From positions 1-48,975 of the IMG/VR virus record IMGVR_UViG_3300023284_000573: 48,975 bases of DNA. One strand, given 5' to 3'. Below the pieces are notes generated by a model. It was not told the origin of the DNA, made no database searches, and saw only the letters and a list, made by a program, of their open reading frames with translations. The DNA is from a virus. Positions 34,168 to 41,936 of the stretch are shown piece after piece. The position numbers and the translations under genes were made by a program. The first letter of the stretch is position 1; every line of letters starts with the position of its first letter.

Positions 34168-34184
34168 TGCCTAATTTTTAGGCA
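34168..34184. promoter_or_regulatory. 17-bp palindrome TGCCTAATTTTTAGGCA, copy B
   Basis: 7-bp arms. Shares TGCCTA-N5-TAGGCAATC with 39655-39674. Confidence 0.5.
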
Positions 34185-34192
34185 ATCGGCCT

Positions 34193-35845
34193 CTAATAGC
34201 CTCTTTTCCTGGCTCCGCCAACCTTTATAATCTGATGACCGCTTAAAAGCGTTCTGAATGTTGGTTGATAATTCATTAAATATTTTAACATCGTCGGGAA
34301 GTCGTCGTTCTTTTCCCGAGGCTTCTGTTTCAAATCGCGTTCCATCGAGCGTTTGTATTCATCCCAAGCGTAGCGTTTCATCTGATGAATTAAATTCGTA
34401 CACCGTTTGCTGACATGGATGCGGGGGATTCTGGTAATCGGGTCAGGTTTTAAGAACTCATTCACCCTTGCCCTGCCAACAGAAGAATCGTCCGCCAAAT
34501 CATAATGCAGCCCGATTTCATCAAACTCATCCTGCCAGGTCTTGCCTCTTACCTTGGCTGAAGCAGGGGAACGACCCATATTCGGGTCAATCAGTCTTAA
34601 TTTGACATAAAGATTGTATTGAGCCTCCTGATCGAACATTTCCTCTCTTATCCCAAGAGGGGTGTCGTCTTTCAGCCCTTCTTCAATAATATAATAGTCA
34701 TCCGAAGGAAGAACCACTGCATAACACCACATATGAGGTTTTCTCGGATGGGGGTCCAGTATCTGTACCACCGGCCAGCTATCTTCAACATCTATTTCTC
34801 TAACATGGTTGAAAACATCAATATCACTTGAACCAGTCTCTGGACACTTACCTTTTGTCGGGCTTACCACTTGTCCGGCCTTGAAACTCCAGACCGTATT
34901 TATATCAGTAAACAGGGGATGGATTCTGTTCGAGAATCGTATCGGTTTACCTTCAATCCTTACCTTGCGGGTTTGCTCGTCCCACTTTTCCATCTGTTTG
35001 GTGATGGCTTCCTGGTCCAAAGTCATGTTTTCAGTGGTTAATAGTTCAATCCAGTCAATGCTGTCATCGGTATTGGCTTTGTCATAAATCTCATCGTAAA
35101 TCCAGTCTACCGGGATGGCTGGGTCATCTGGCCATGTCATTGCTAGGATAAGTCTACCATTAACACGCATGGTCCGGGCTTGGTTTTCTCTAAAGATGGC
35201 TTGGCGGGGTGGTTCATCCAGCATCACAATATGAAAGTCACCGGAAGCAAAATCCGACGGATCATTATCATGGGACATAAACTGAATCGTGCTGTGTCCC
35301 ATTACTTCATGGTAATTCTCAGGATTCCGGCACAATACGGTTAAAGTTCTTAACTGTTCCGACCAGCTTTTCTCCCAATTAGCGTCTATCAGACAGTCTT
35401 TAGGCACCCACCCCCAATGTCCTTTATCTCCTCCGGGCATATCGGTTCCGGTCCATTTGAACCACATCAGCTTGGGCATAATAACGGGTTTCAGGACGGC
35501 AGTGAGAGATTCAACAACAACCCTGCAATTAAGTGGACCCCTGAACTTTTCCTTTGCCAGATGCTTTAAGGTATCCGGGAAAACGCCCGTCGCGCACGCG
35601 ATAATCTCTACTAATACGGATTCTGTTTTACTCGATCCATTCCCGCCGCCTACTCCCAAGAGGTTAGCCTTGGATTCGTGAACTTTCATTGCTCTTTCGG
35701 ATACTGGTTTATAATAAAGTATCTGTCTGACCTTACGATCTTCTTCAGCTAATGTCAGAACATCTCCGGCTAAAGCACGGAAACGATCATCTGAGAGGCG
35801 AACTAGATCGTTTCGGCTTATCCCGTCTAAACTTATCTTTGCCAT
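34193..35845 (-). CDS. terL: Terminase large subunit
   Basis: Walker A-like GGGNGSSKT, Walker B HIVMLDEPP, a C-terminal nuclease-like region. 550 aa. Confidence 0.85.
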   Translation of the reverse strand: MAKISLDGISRNDLVRLSDDRFRALAGDVLTLAEEDRKVRQILYYKPVSERAMKVHESKANLLGVGGGNGSSKTESVLVEIIACATGVFPDTLKHLAKEKFRGPLNCRVVVESLTAVLKPVIMPKLMWFKWTGTDMPGGDKGHWGWVPKDCLIDANWEKSWSEQLRTLTVLCRNPENYHEVMGHSTIQFMSHDNDPSDFASGDFHIVMLDEPPRQAIFRENQARTMRVNGRLILAMTWPDDPAIPVDWIYDEIYDKANTDDSIDWIELLTTENMTLDQEAITKQMEKWDEQTRKVRIEGKPIRFSNRIHPLFTDINTVWSFKAGQVVSPTKGKCPETGSSDIDVFNHVREIDVEDSWPVVQILDPHPRKPHMWCYAVVLPSDDYYIIEEGLKDDTPLGIREEMFDQEAQYNLYVKLRLIDPNMGRSPASAKVRGKTWQDEFDEIGLHYDLADDSSVGRARVNEFLKPDPITRIPRIHVSKRCTNLIHQMKRYAWDEYKRSMERDLKQKPREKNDDFPTMLKYLMNYQPTFRTLLSGHQIIKVGGARKRGY

Positions 35846-36356
35846 GATTTCTTGGCCCTTTTCTCATGCCTACAGAAACGTTTGATGAATATTCTCCTTC
35901 AATAACTCCTCGGTTTAAATCTAAACCTCTTCTTTTTGCTTCTGCCAGCACAGCAGGGAGGATTTCGTTTAATTGTCTGGAATCCTCAACAGATATAATG
36001 TTTGTCGGCTCACCATTAAGAAGTTGTCTTTTCTCTGCCAGTATGCCGATTACTATCCCCAGGTCCTTGGCTGTGGACATATCAAGTTTGGCATCAGATA
36101 AATAATCCAGAGCCGCTGATAGTCTGTCCTCCAGTTTGGCAACCAGTTCATTGGTTTTGATTGTCCTTAATTCTCTGGTCTGAGGCTGATAATCAGACAT
36201 CAACCGTTCATGAAGCCTTTTTACCGTATCAGGGTTAAACCTGTAACTTCTGGCTAAGGCTTTGTAAGACCGGGCATTGGATGGATCAAGTAACTCGCAG
36301 CAAAGTTCTGCAACGCGGTCAGACTTTTCAGCGTCCTGTTCTAATAGTTTAGGCAT
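35787..36356 (-). CDS. terS: Terminase small subunit candidate
   Basis: 189 aa, immediately upstream of and overlapping terL. Helical with a basic tail. Confidence 0.5.
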   Translation of the reverse strand: MPKLLEQDAEKSDRVAELCCELLDPSNARSYKALARSYRFNPDTVKRLHERLMSDYQPQTRELRTIKTNELVAKLEDRLSAALDYLSDAKLDMSTAKDLGIVIGILAEKRQLLNGEPTNIISVEDSRQLNEILPAVLAEAKRRGLDLNRGVIEGEYSSNVSVGMRKGPRNHGKDKFRRDKPKRSSSPLR

Positions 36357-36618
36357 CAGGGTCCGTCCATTCAGGAGAATAAATATCTTTTTGAACCTTT
36401 AAACGATGCTCTTCAAATAAAACAGCCTTATCGAGTATGGCTCCGGGGATTGCCTCAAGATTAACGTCATTAATTAATTTAACCCACGCTTCCGTACCGG
36501 CGAGATTCTTGGTGATTGATAAAACATTATCAGGGCGGACAAGTCTAAACCCAGCAGCAAGTGCTTCAAAAATCCCTGTTACGCTAGGGTGTGTCATGTC
36601 TATTTTGTAATAAATCAT
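36349..36618 (-). CDS. Hypothetical protein (89 aa)
   Basis: Operon ORF. Confidence 0.5.
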   Translation of the reverse strand: MIYYKIDMTHPSVTGIFEALAAGFRLVRPDNVLSITKNLAGTEAWVKLINDVNLEAIPGAILDKAVLFEEHRLKVQKDIYSPEWTDPDA

Positions 36619-36707
36619 TTCTTCAAATCCCAGGAAGCAAGAGTTTTAACCCATTTAACCCTCTCAACTGGCAATTTTATAGTTATAAATTTTTGTTTCT
36701 TTGTCAT
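36615..36707 (-). CDS. Possible micro-protein (30 aa)
   Basis: Hand translation MTKKQKFITIKLPVERVKWVKTLASWDLKK. TAGATG at the 5' junction and ATGA at the 3' junction. Confidence 0.3.
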   Translation of the reverse strand: MTKKQKFITIKLPVERVKWVKTLASWDLKK

Positions 36708-37448
36708 CTAATCGCTCGGGCTATCTGAACAGGCACTTAAGGCCCCTGTTATTGAAAAATTCCCGCCGCCTCCTGCATTTGTAGATGGGTCACCATCAGA
36801 AGCATAAATAATGGGGGCCGTTCCTGTCGGAGTAGACCCATCAGCACCCAAATCGACAGGTTTTCCCCCTGATATGAATTTGGCTCTATTTGCTGCGTTG
36901 GAAATATCAAGAAATTCCGCCGTATTTAAATAAAACTCAGACAAACAGCCATTTAATTTTGCCGCCCCAGCATTATTCGCCCCTATAAACCAGTCTGCAG
37001 CCGTATAATCTATTGTATCGTCTGTTTCAGTCGAACCAGCGGCCTCATCATTAATATTGTTAATAAACAAATGGGCTTCTGGTGTTGCTAAATTCCAAGA
37101 GGCCAAAACATGAATCCAGCCATCGGCAGTAGTATATGTTGTGTTAGAGGCCACCAACATAATATTTGTCAAGTCTGTTTTTCTGCAAATAATATAAAAT
37201 TTATCATCACTAAATCTTTGAAATAAAATGCTTGCCACAGTAAGTGTCTGGAGAATGTGTTGCGAGCTACCGTCCCCCCCATCTAATCGAACCCAAAAAC
37301 TAACTATACCCACCTTCCCATCAGCAGCACCTGTCAGACCAGCGCCTCTCGAAGCAAAATCATTTGTGCCATCATAATCATTGCCGGTGGTGACATAACC
37401 AGCAGCAGGAGGATTGTGGCTAAATATCCCAGCGTGAGGAAATACCAT
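36708..37448 (-). CDS. LamG/concanavalin-like jelly-roll protein
   Basis: FSFWVRLDG...WIHVLASWN...LFINN...FIGAN...LNGCLSEFYL is a laminin-G-type pattern. Confidence 0.55.
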   Translation of the reverse strand: MVFPHAGIFSHNPPAAGYVTTGNDYDGTNDFASRGAGLTGAADGKVGIVSFWVRLDGGDGSSQHILQTLTVASILFQRFSDDKFYIICRKTDLTNIMLVASNTTYTTADGWIHVLASWNLATPEAHLFINNINDEAAGSTETDDTIDYTAADWFIGANNAGAAKLNGCLSEFYLNTAEFLDISNAANRAKFISGGKPVDLGADGSTPTGTAPIIYASDGDPSTNAGGGGNFSITGALSACSDSPSD

Positions 37449-38059
37449 TATACAGGCACCAAGTTACCGTCAACAACCGAAATGGTAGTGGCACCGGCAA
37501 CCAGTATAATCGCTGTAGCCAACGCCCATTGGCCCCCCAGAACCAAGGTCTTGTCTGCATCCACATTATTGCTTGCAGAACCGTCAACTGTTGTCGCCCC
37601 TGCCCCTTTTTGAAGAATTGTAATAACATCACCTGCGGCAAATACGCTATCATTAAGAGTTACTGTATTGGCCCCGGCGTTGTCCATTGTGATAATCTGG
37701 CCAGCATCTCCGGCAACTGCCGTGTATCCTGTTCCTGTCTGGGCGTTCACCCCTCTGAAGCTTTGTAGTCTGTTATCAAGCTTAAGGGCGGTGATAAACC
37801 TTACATCATCAGTTCCCGTGTCTGCCTCGGCTTGGGTGGCTATTTCCGCTATTCCAGCAGCACTTTCTGATGCTGCTGCGTTAAGAGTAACATCTTCATC
37901 AGGCATGATGATAACCCTTGTGGTGCTAGTGGTAAGACCATCAGCCTCAATCCTGACCAACTTGGTGGCATCTACCGAGCCCTTAACAACAGCCGTTGTA
38001 TCAACTATCGGAAGAGTATCGCCACCACCAGCGGGTGTTCTCTCAAATTCCTTTGCCAT
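37448..38059 (-). CDS. Tail fibre-like protein (203 aa)
   Basis: ASESAAGIAEIATQAEADTGTDDVRFITALKL is a classic fibre N-terminal motif. Confidence 0.6.
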   Translation of the reverse strand: MAKEFERTPAGGGDTLPIVDTTAVVKGSVDATKLVRIEADGLTTSTTRVIIMPDEDVTLNAAASESAAGIAEIATQAEADTGTDDVRFITALKLDNRLQSFRGVNAQTGTGYTAVAGDAGQIITMDNAGANTVTLNDSVFAAGDVITILQKGAGATTVDGSASNNVDADKTLVLGGQWALATAIILVAGATTISVVDGNLVPV

Positions 38060-38072
38060 TTAATCTCCTTAA

Positions 38073-38133
38073 GGGCCTCCGATGTCCATGCTTGTTTAAA
38101 GTTTCTTCTGTTGCTCTCATGGCCGGAGGCCCT
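38073..38133 (-). promoter_or_regulatory. Long interrupted hairpin abutting the SD of the fibre gene
   Basis: AGGGCCTCCG pairs with CGGAGGCCCT (10 bp) and CCATG pairs with CATGG (5 bp). The 3' arm ends 1 nt before TAAGGAG. Confidence 0.5.
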
Positions 38134-38144
38134 ATCAGAGAGAG

Positions 38145-38285
38145 CTATTTCTTTTTTTTACGTCTCGACTTGCCAGCTTTCTTAAGTGAAATCGCTACAG
38201 CCTGGGCTCGTGGACGGCCTGAACGTATTAATTCTCTAATGTTGCTGGAAACTACAGCCCCAGAACGGCCCTTCTTTAAAGGCAT
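38145..38285 (-). CDS. Basic micro-protein (46 aa), DUF6496-like
   Basis: Hand translation [52 protein letters not shown] junction upstream. Confidence 0.5.
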   Translation of the reverse strand: MPLKKGRSGAVVSSNIRELIRSGRPRAQAVAISLKKAGKSRRKKKK

Positions 38286-38369
38286 TTATTTCTTCTTCTT
38301 TATCTTCTTAGTATTAATTTTTTTTCCTTCGTTCTCAAAACCCAGATTCTTTACTTTTATTTTAGCCAT
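38286..38369 (-). CDS. Lys-rich micro-peptide (27 aa)
   Basis: Hand translation MAKIKVKNLGFENEGKKINTKKIKKKK. TAAATG junctions on both sides. Confidence 0.35.
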   Translation of the reverse strand: MAKIKVKNLGFENEGKKINTKKIKKKK

Positions 38370-38498
38370 TTATCTCCCCCGTCTGGCTCGCCTGATGGGG
38401 CGTCTAGCTCTTCTCACGGTACCTCGGGTAGCAACCCTCCCAGCAGTCCTTCTCCTGGCTCTCTTGCGTCGTTCTTTTGGCGTATGACTTGGCATCAT
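38370..38498 (-). CDS. Arg-rich micro-protein (42 aa)
   Basis: Hand translation MMPSHTPKERRKRARRRTAGRVATRGTVRRARRPIRRARRGR. AAGGAG lies 3-6 nt upstream. Confidence 0.45.
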   Translation of the reverse strand: MMPSHTPKERRKRARRRTAGRVATRGTVRRARRPIRRARRGR

Positions 38499-38518
38499 AT
38501 TCTCCTTATTTGGTAGTT

Positions 38519-39286
38519 TTATCTTTCTGATTTGAATAAAGTCTCAATTTTATCAAAAGTTTTCAATGCACTGGGGTTTCTTCCCTTAATCCTGTCAATC
38601 TCAGACCCAAAAGGAATTAATAAATGTTGCACAGTTCCTTCAGCCCAGAAACCACTTAAAAAGTTTTCAAATGTCGCAAAATTAGGTGATTGTTGAAGAC
38701 GAGGATTTTGATTTAAAATCTCACCATAACGCCTTCTGGCCAATCTTATCTCACTTTCACTGAAGTTTTCTACCATTTCTTTTAATAAAGATTGAAATTC
38801 AGGGCTTCTTATGGCCGCAAAATGCACAGAATCTCCAATAAAGGAATCTGCTAAACCACCACCCTGAAGGCCCACGCCGCCGCTGCCTCGACCCCTGGAG
38901 AATTGTCCGACAACAATTGTATCTCTTCCAACAAAAGGATTTGGTTGACCGGGAGGGCCACCTTCTTCAGCAGCTAAAAATTCACCCCTACCCCCTTTTT
39001 GTGGAACATGGGTATTTTTAAAATCCAAATCCTGAAAATTCTTCAAAAACGGAAATCTCTCTTCTGCTTCACTCCGCGCTTGCGACAGTTCCGTTTCAGT
39101 AAACGGGCGATCTTGAGGCGCAGCATCCTGAGCTTGAGCAAAAATCCCAACGGGCGGAGGTGTGGTAGCCGCCCTCCCAGCAAAACCCAAACCTTCAGGC
39201 CGTCTGGCAGCTGTTGGTTCCTGGCCCGCAGCTAATCTTTTGGTGGGATTAAGAGTATTAGCCAAACCCAAGCCTATATTAACCAT
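38519..39286 (-). CDS. First late-operon protein (255 aa), function unknown
   Basis: ATG 39286 has AAGAGG 6 nt upstream. The track's 39331 start is a GTG with no SD. Confidence 0.55.
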   Translation of the reverse strand: MVNIGLGLANTLNPTKRLAAGQEPTAARRPEGLGFAGRAATTPPPVGIFAQAQDAAPQDRPFTETELSQARSEAEERFPFLKNFQDLDFKNTHVPQKGGRGEFLAAEEGGPPGQPNPFVGRDTIVVGQFSRGRGSGGVGLQGGGLADSFIGDSVHFAAIRSPEFQSLLKEMVENFSESEIRLARRRYGEILNQNPRLQQSPNFATFENFLSGFWAEGTVQHLLIPFGSEIDRIKGRNPSALKTFDKIETLFKSER

Positions 39287-39494
39287 CTTTAACCTCTTGG
39301 TTGTATTTCTGTCCTCAGCTCCAGTTCTCACTTCAAAAGGCTTAACCCCACTATATCAGGAGCCTTTTTGGCAGAAAACCGCCATTCTGTGTTTTGCCCA
39401 TTTTGCACACTACAGGTTGAAAAAGCGCCTTTATAGTGAAATTTCAGGGCGTTTTATGAATAATGTCAGGGGGCAGGTACCATCAACCCCATCG

Positions 39495-39509
39495 CCCCCC
39501 CCCCGGGGG
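39495..39509. repeat. Homopolymer C10 followed by G5
   Basis: Read directly from the sequence. It is part of a GC island at 39487-39517 that forms a G3+N1-7 G-quadruplex motif on the minus strand. Confidence 0.9.
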
Positions 39510-39654
39510 TCCCACCCAATCCAATAACCCATGATCCAGGCGCATAACCTCCATTATGTTAAGTGTTTGTTGCTCTGTAACCCGCAGTTTACCTAGACTT
39601 AACACGTATAAATAGAATATCCATATATTATAGCCTCCAAATTACCATATCTAG

Positions 39655-39671
39655 TGCCTATTAATTAGGCA
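39655..39671. promoter_or_regulatory. 17-bp palindrome TGCCTATTAATTAGGCA, copy A
   Basis: 6-bp arms plus one inner pair. On the minus strand it overlaps a possible TTGCCT-17-TATGGT promoter (39644-39672). Confidence 0.5.
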
Positions 39672-39771
39672 ATCTGTCTTTGGCGCAGAGCTGAAGCCAT
39701 TAAACGGGTGTATATGATTAATTGCTAATATAAAACGACAATAATTCCTGTGAAGTGGTAATGTTATGGTC

Positions 39772-40047
39772 TTAAGTATCTATGATACCTGTTTCAATAT
39801 AAATACGTCTTTTATTTAGCATCTTAAGGCTTACCAGTGGCTTATCTCGTAGCTCGTGATCATCTAAGAAGATCACGTCTAAGTCCCTGTGACAATCATA
39901 AGAAGCACACTCTTCCATCAAACAATTCTCATAACCCTCTTCATTAGCTTTGATCGCTGGAGCTATATCAAAAGGCTGCCCGCAAGTATCACAAACATGC
40001 TTGCTCCTAACTATGCCCTCACTATCTATAAACTCTCCCAACTTCAT
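39772..40047 (-). CDS. Cys-rich small protein (91 aa)
   Basis: CDTCG....C....C..C pattern. Divergent from the 40143 operon. Confidence 0.55.
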   Translation of the reverse strand: MKLGEFIDSEGIVRSKHVCDTCGQPFDIAPAIKANEEGYENCLMEECASYDCHRDLDVIFLDDHELRDKPLVSLKMLNKRRIYIETGIIDT

Positions 40048-40073
40048 TATATCTACTTTCTTTGATTAAACCC

Positions 40074-40102
40074 TTGACAATTCAATGGTGGTCTATTATA
40101 TA
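40074..40102 (+). promoter_or_regulatory. Candidate sigma70 promoter (TTGACA-17-TATATA)
   Basis: Perfect -35, 17-nt spacer and an AT-rich -10 block TATATATAAT. About 40 nt upstream of the ATG at 40143. Confidence 0.5.
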
Positions 40103-40142
40103 TAATGGGCGAATCTTTTAAAAGCGAACAAGGAAATTAGAA

Positions 40143-40334
40143 ATGGCTATATTACCAACAGCAAGAGAACATAGAGCTTGGGTTAAATGTGTAAAAGCCG
40201 GCTTTACGTTAAAGGGCTTCTTTGAATGGGTTTCCATTCTTGGCGATTACAATCAAGCCCTCGTAAACAATAACACAAGCGATTGGATAGAAGCCAACCA
40301 AGGCAAGGCAATTGAAATTGACAAAACCTCTTAA
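40143..40334 (+). CDS. Hypothetical protein (63 aa)
   Basis: SD AAGGAAA upstream. Confidence 0.55.
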   Translation: MAILPTAREHRAWVKCVKAGFTLKGFFEWVSILGDYNQALVNNNTSDWIEANQGKAIEIDKTS

Positions 40335-40359
40335 CCTCTAACCTATAAAGGAAATGACA

Positions 40360-40569
40360 ATGAAAGCCAAGCTAACCAAAAATCAACCATATTATGGCAA
40401 ACACGTTGTCAACCGTTTCGATACTATGACCGAAGCACGCGATGAACTCCAAGCTATTGCTGAACGTTGTGCCGAGCAAAACTTCATTGAAGACCGCGAA
40501 GACGCCTATTTTAACGACAAAGACACTCTAATTGATGGCGAAGTTATATTCCAGGTTGAACGCTGTTAG
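40360..40569 (+). CDS. Hypothetical protein (69 aa)
   Basis: The second ATG is preferred because AAGGA lies 7 nt upstream. The track start is 40354. Confidence 0.5.
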   Translation: MKAKLTKNQPYYGKHVVNRFDTMTEARDELQAIAERCAEQNFIEDREDAYFNDKDTLIDGEVIFQVERC

Positions 40570-40600
40570 CCTCTAAACCCTAACCAAAGGAGTAAATAAA

Positions 40601-40934
40601 ATGACCAAAAGAAAAGTTAAATCAATCACGATCTTGGGCCGTAAATGGTTTGATAAGATCAATGGTAATACTTATTACACCGCTACGGCGCTGATTAACG
40701 GCCAGTCAGCCCTTGAAGTCCCGTTTTCGTATGGGTTATGGCTCACAATATGAGCATGATACCCTGAAGGCGCTTGAAAAGGCTAAACTTATCCCGCCGT
40801 TTAAGTACAGAACCAAAGAAGTTAAAGGCTGTGATCCTATTACAGTGCAAGACGAATCTGGCTGGCAGTATATGGAAAGGAACAAAATAACTTTCCATAG
40901 TGAAGCCCATTATGGCCTTAAACGTGATCTCTAA
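40601..40934 (+). pseudogene. Small gene split by a +1 frame change at GGGTT 40733-40737
   Basis: Frame a (40601-40753) ends ..VPFSYGLWLTI*. Frame b continues YGSQYEHDTLKALEKA... to 40934 and has no SD of its own. Confidence 0.45.
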
Positions 40935-40962
40935 CCCCACTAAAGAAGAGGATAAATAAACC

Positions 40963-41199
40963 ATGAATTATGAAACCATGAAAGAAGCAGAGTTCGCCTA
41001 TATTGAACACCGCCCTGACCTTGGTGGTCACGTTCTGGAGAACTTATCAGAACCTAACAAAAGATATAGGTTTGAGCTTTGGATAGCTAACAAAAACCAT
41101 GCAAGTTATGGCTTGATTTTCAAGAATACTCACTTGGAGTTTGCCCTAAGCTTGTCAGGGGTTGAGTCTCTGGCTCGTTACACTGACCCCCCTTACTAA
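40963..41199 (+). CDS. Hypothetical protein (78 aa)
   Basis: SD GAGGATAAATAAACC upstream. Confidence 0.55.
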   Translation: MNYETMKEAEFAYIEHRPDLGGHVLENLSEPNKRYRFELWIANKNHASYGLIFKNTHLEFALSLSGVESLARYTDPPY

Positions 41200-41222
41200 A
41201 ACTAGGAAAGGATAAACAAACT

Positions 41223-41405
41223 ATGAAGAAGTTTACACCCAAGCCAAAAGAACCACTTTCTAAAGGTTTCTGGACACGCCTACACCCTGATGTAAAGGCT
41301 GGCGTTGACCGCGCTTCTAGGGCCCTCGGGATGGGGAAATCTGAATTTGTAAACCAAGCTATTAAATTTGCTTTGGAAAATATGGAAACCAAAAAAGGAG
41401 AATAA
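41223..41405 (+). CDS. Ribbon-helix-helix (CopG/Arc-like) DNA-binding protein
   Basis: FWTRLHPDVKAGVDRASRALGMGKSEFVNQAIKFAL has a beta-strand, helix, helix layout. Confidence 0.55.
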   Translation: MKKFTPKPKEPLSKGFWTRLHPDVKAGVDRASRALGMGKSEFVNQAIKFALENMETKKGE

Positions 41406-41408
41406 ATT

Positions 41409-41645
41409 ATGTATAAATCAAAACCTACGGAAAACTTTTACATTCGGTCAATGGGCAAGGCCCTACGAGTAACCGCTATCTTTGAAAGCGATGAGGAGGC
41501 TAACAAATATATGTCAAGTCACCGCGATCAAGGCGTTGTATCACAATTCGGCCCTTATATCTTTATTGCTAGCCTGTACGAAATGGGCGACACATTTAAA
41601 GACAAATTAGCTGAAAAAACTCGCTGCCCGGTGACTGATTATTAA
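41409..41645 (+). CDS. Hypothetical protein (78 aa)
   Basis: Operon ORF. Confidence 0.5.
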   Translation: MYKSKPTENFYIRSMGKALRVTAIFESDEEANKYMSSHRDQGVVSQFGPYIFIASLYEMGDTFKDKLAEKTRCPVTDY

Positions 41646-41685
41646 TGCTTGAACTCTTAACCCTGTTCCTAAATAGGAGGAAATA

Positions 41686-41877
41686 ATGAAAAACTTCCCA
41701 ACTCTCGACCAAATGAAAGATGTTTATCTTCTTTGTGGCAATCAATCTGGATTTGATAGTGAGGCTTGCCGCACTGTCCAAGCATTAATGCATTATGCCC
41801 GCCTATATGAAAGCCAGACTAATGAAACTAATCGTATAGCCAGGGCAAATCTAACTGCGAATATACATAATGCTTGA
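41686..41877 (+). CDS. Hypothetical protein (63 aa)
   Basis: SD AGGAGG upstream. Flanked by a repeated element. Confidence 0.5.
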   Translation: MKNFPTLDQMKDVYLLCGNQSGFDSEACRTVQALMHYARLYESQTNETNRIARANLTANIHNA

Positions 41878-41936
41878 AGCCCTCGGAATATTAACCCTAC
41901 TGTTCCTTATATGGGAACGATATTGGAGATAGAATT

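Noticed and set aside
37668-38487. 131-aa and 163-aa plus-strand ORFs over the fibre gene and the tiny-ORF region
   Set aside because: They are on the opposite strand to the operon, have no SD and have odd composition. The minus-strand reading gives a fibre motif and SD-preceded, TAAATG-coupled micro-ORFs.
39162-39527. 121-aa plus-strand ORF across the late-operon upstream region
   Set aside because: It runs antisense into the 255-aa gene and through the C10G5 tract. It has no SD and low-complexity composition. The region is treated as non-coding.
41223-41645. RHH protein followed by a 78-aa ORF as a possible toxin-antitoxin pair
   Set aside because: The downstream protein shows no recognisable toxin signature (RelE, ParE, MazF or PIN-like). 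The pair sits in an array of similarly sized unrelated genes. The evidence is insufficient.
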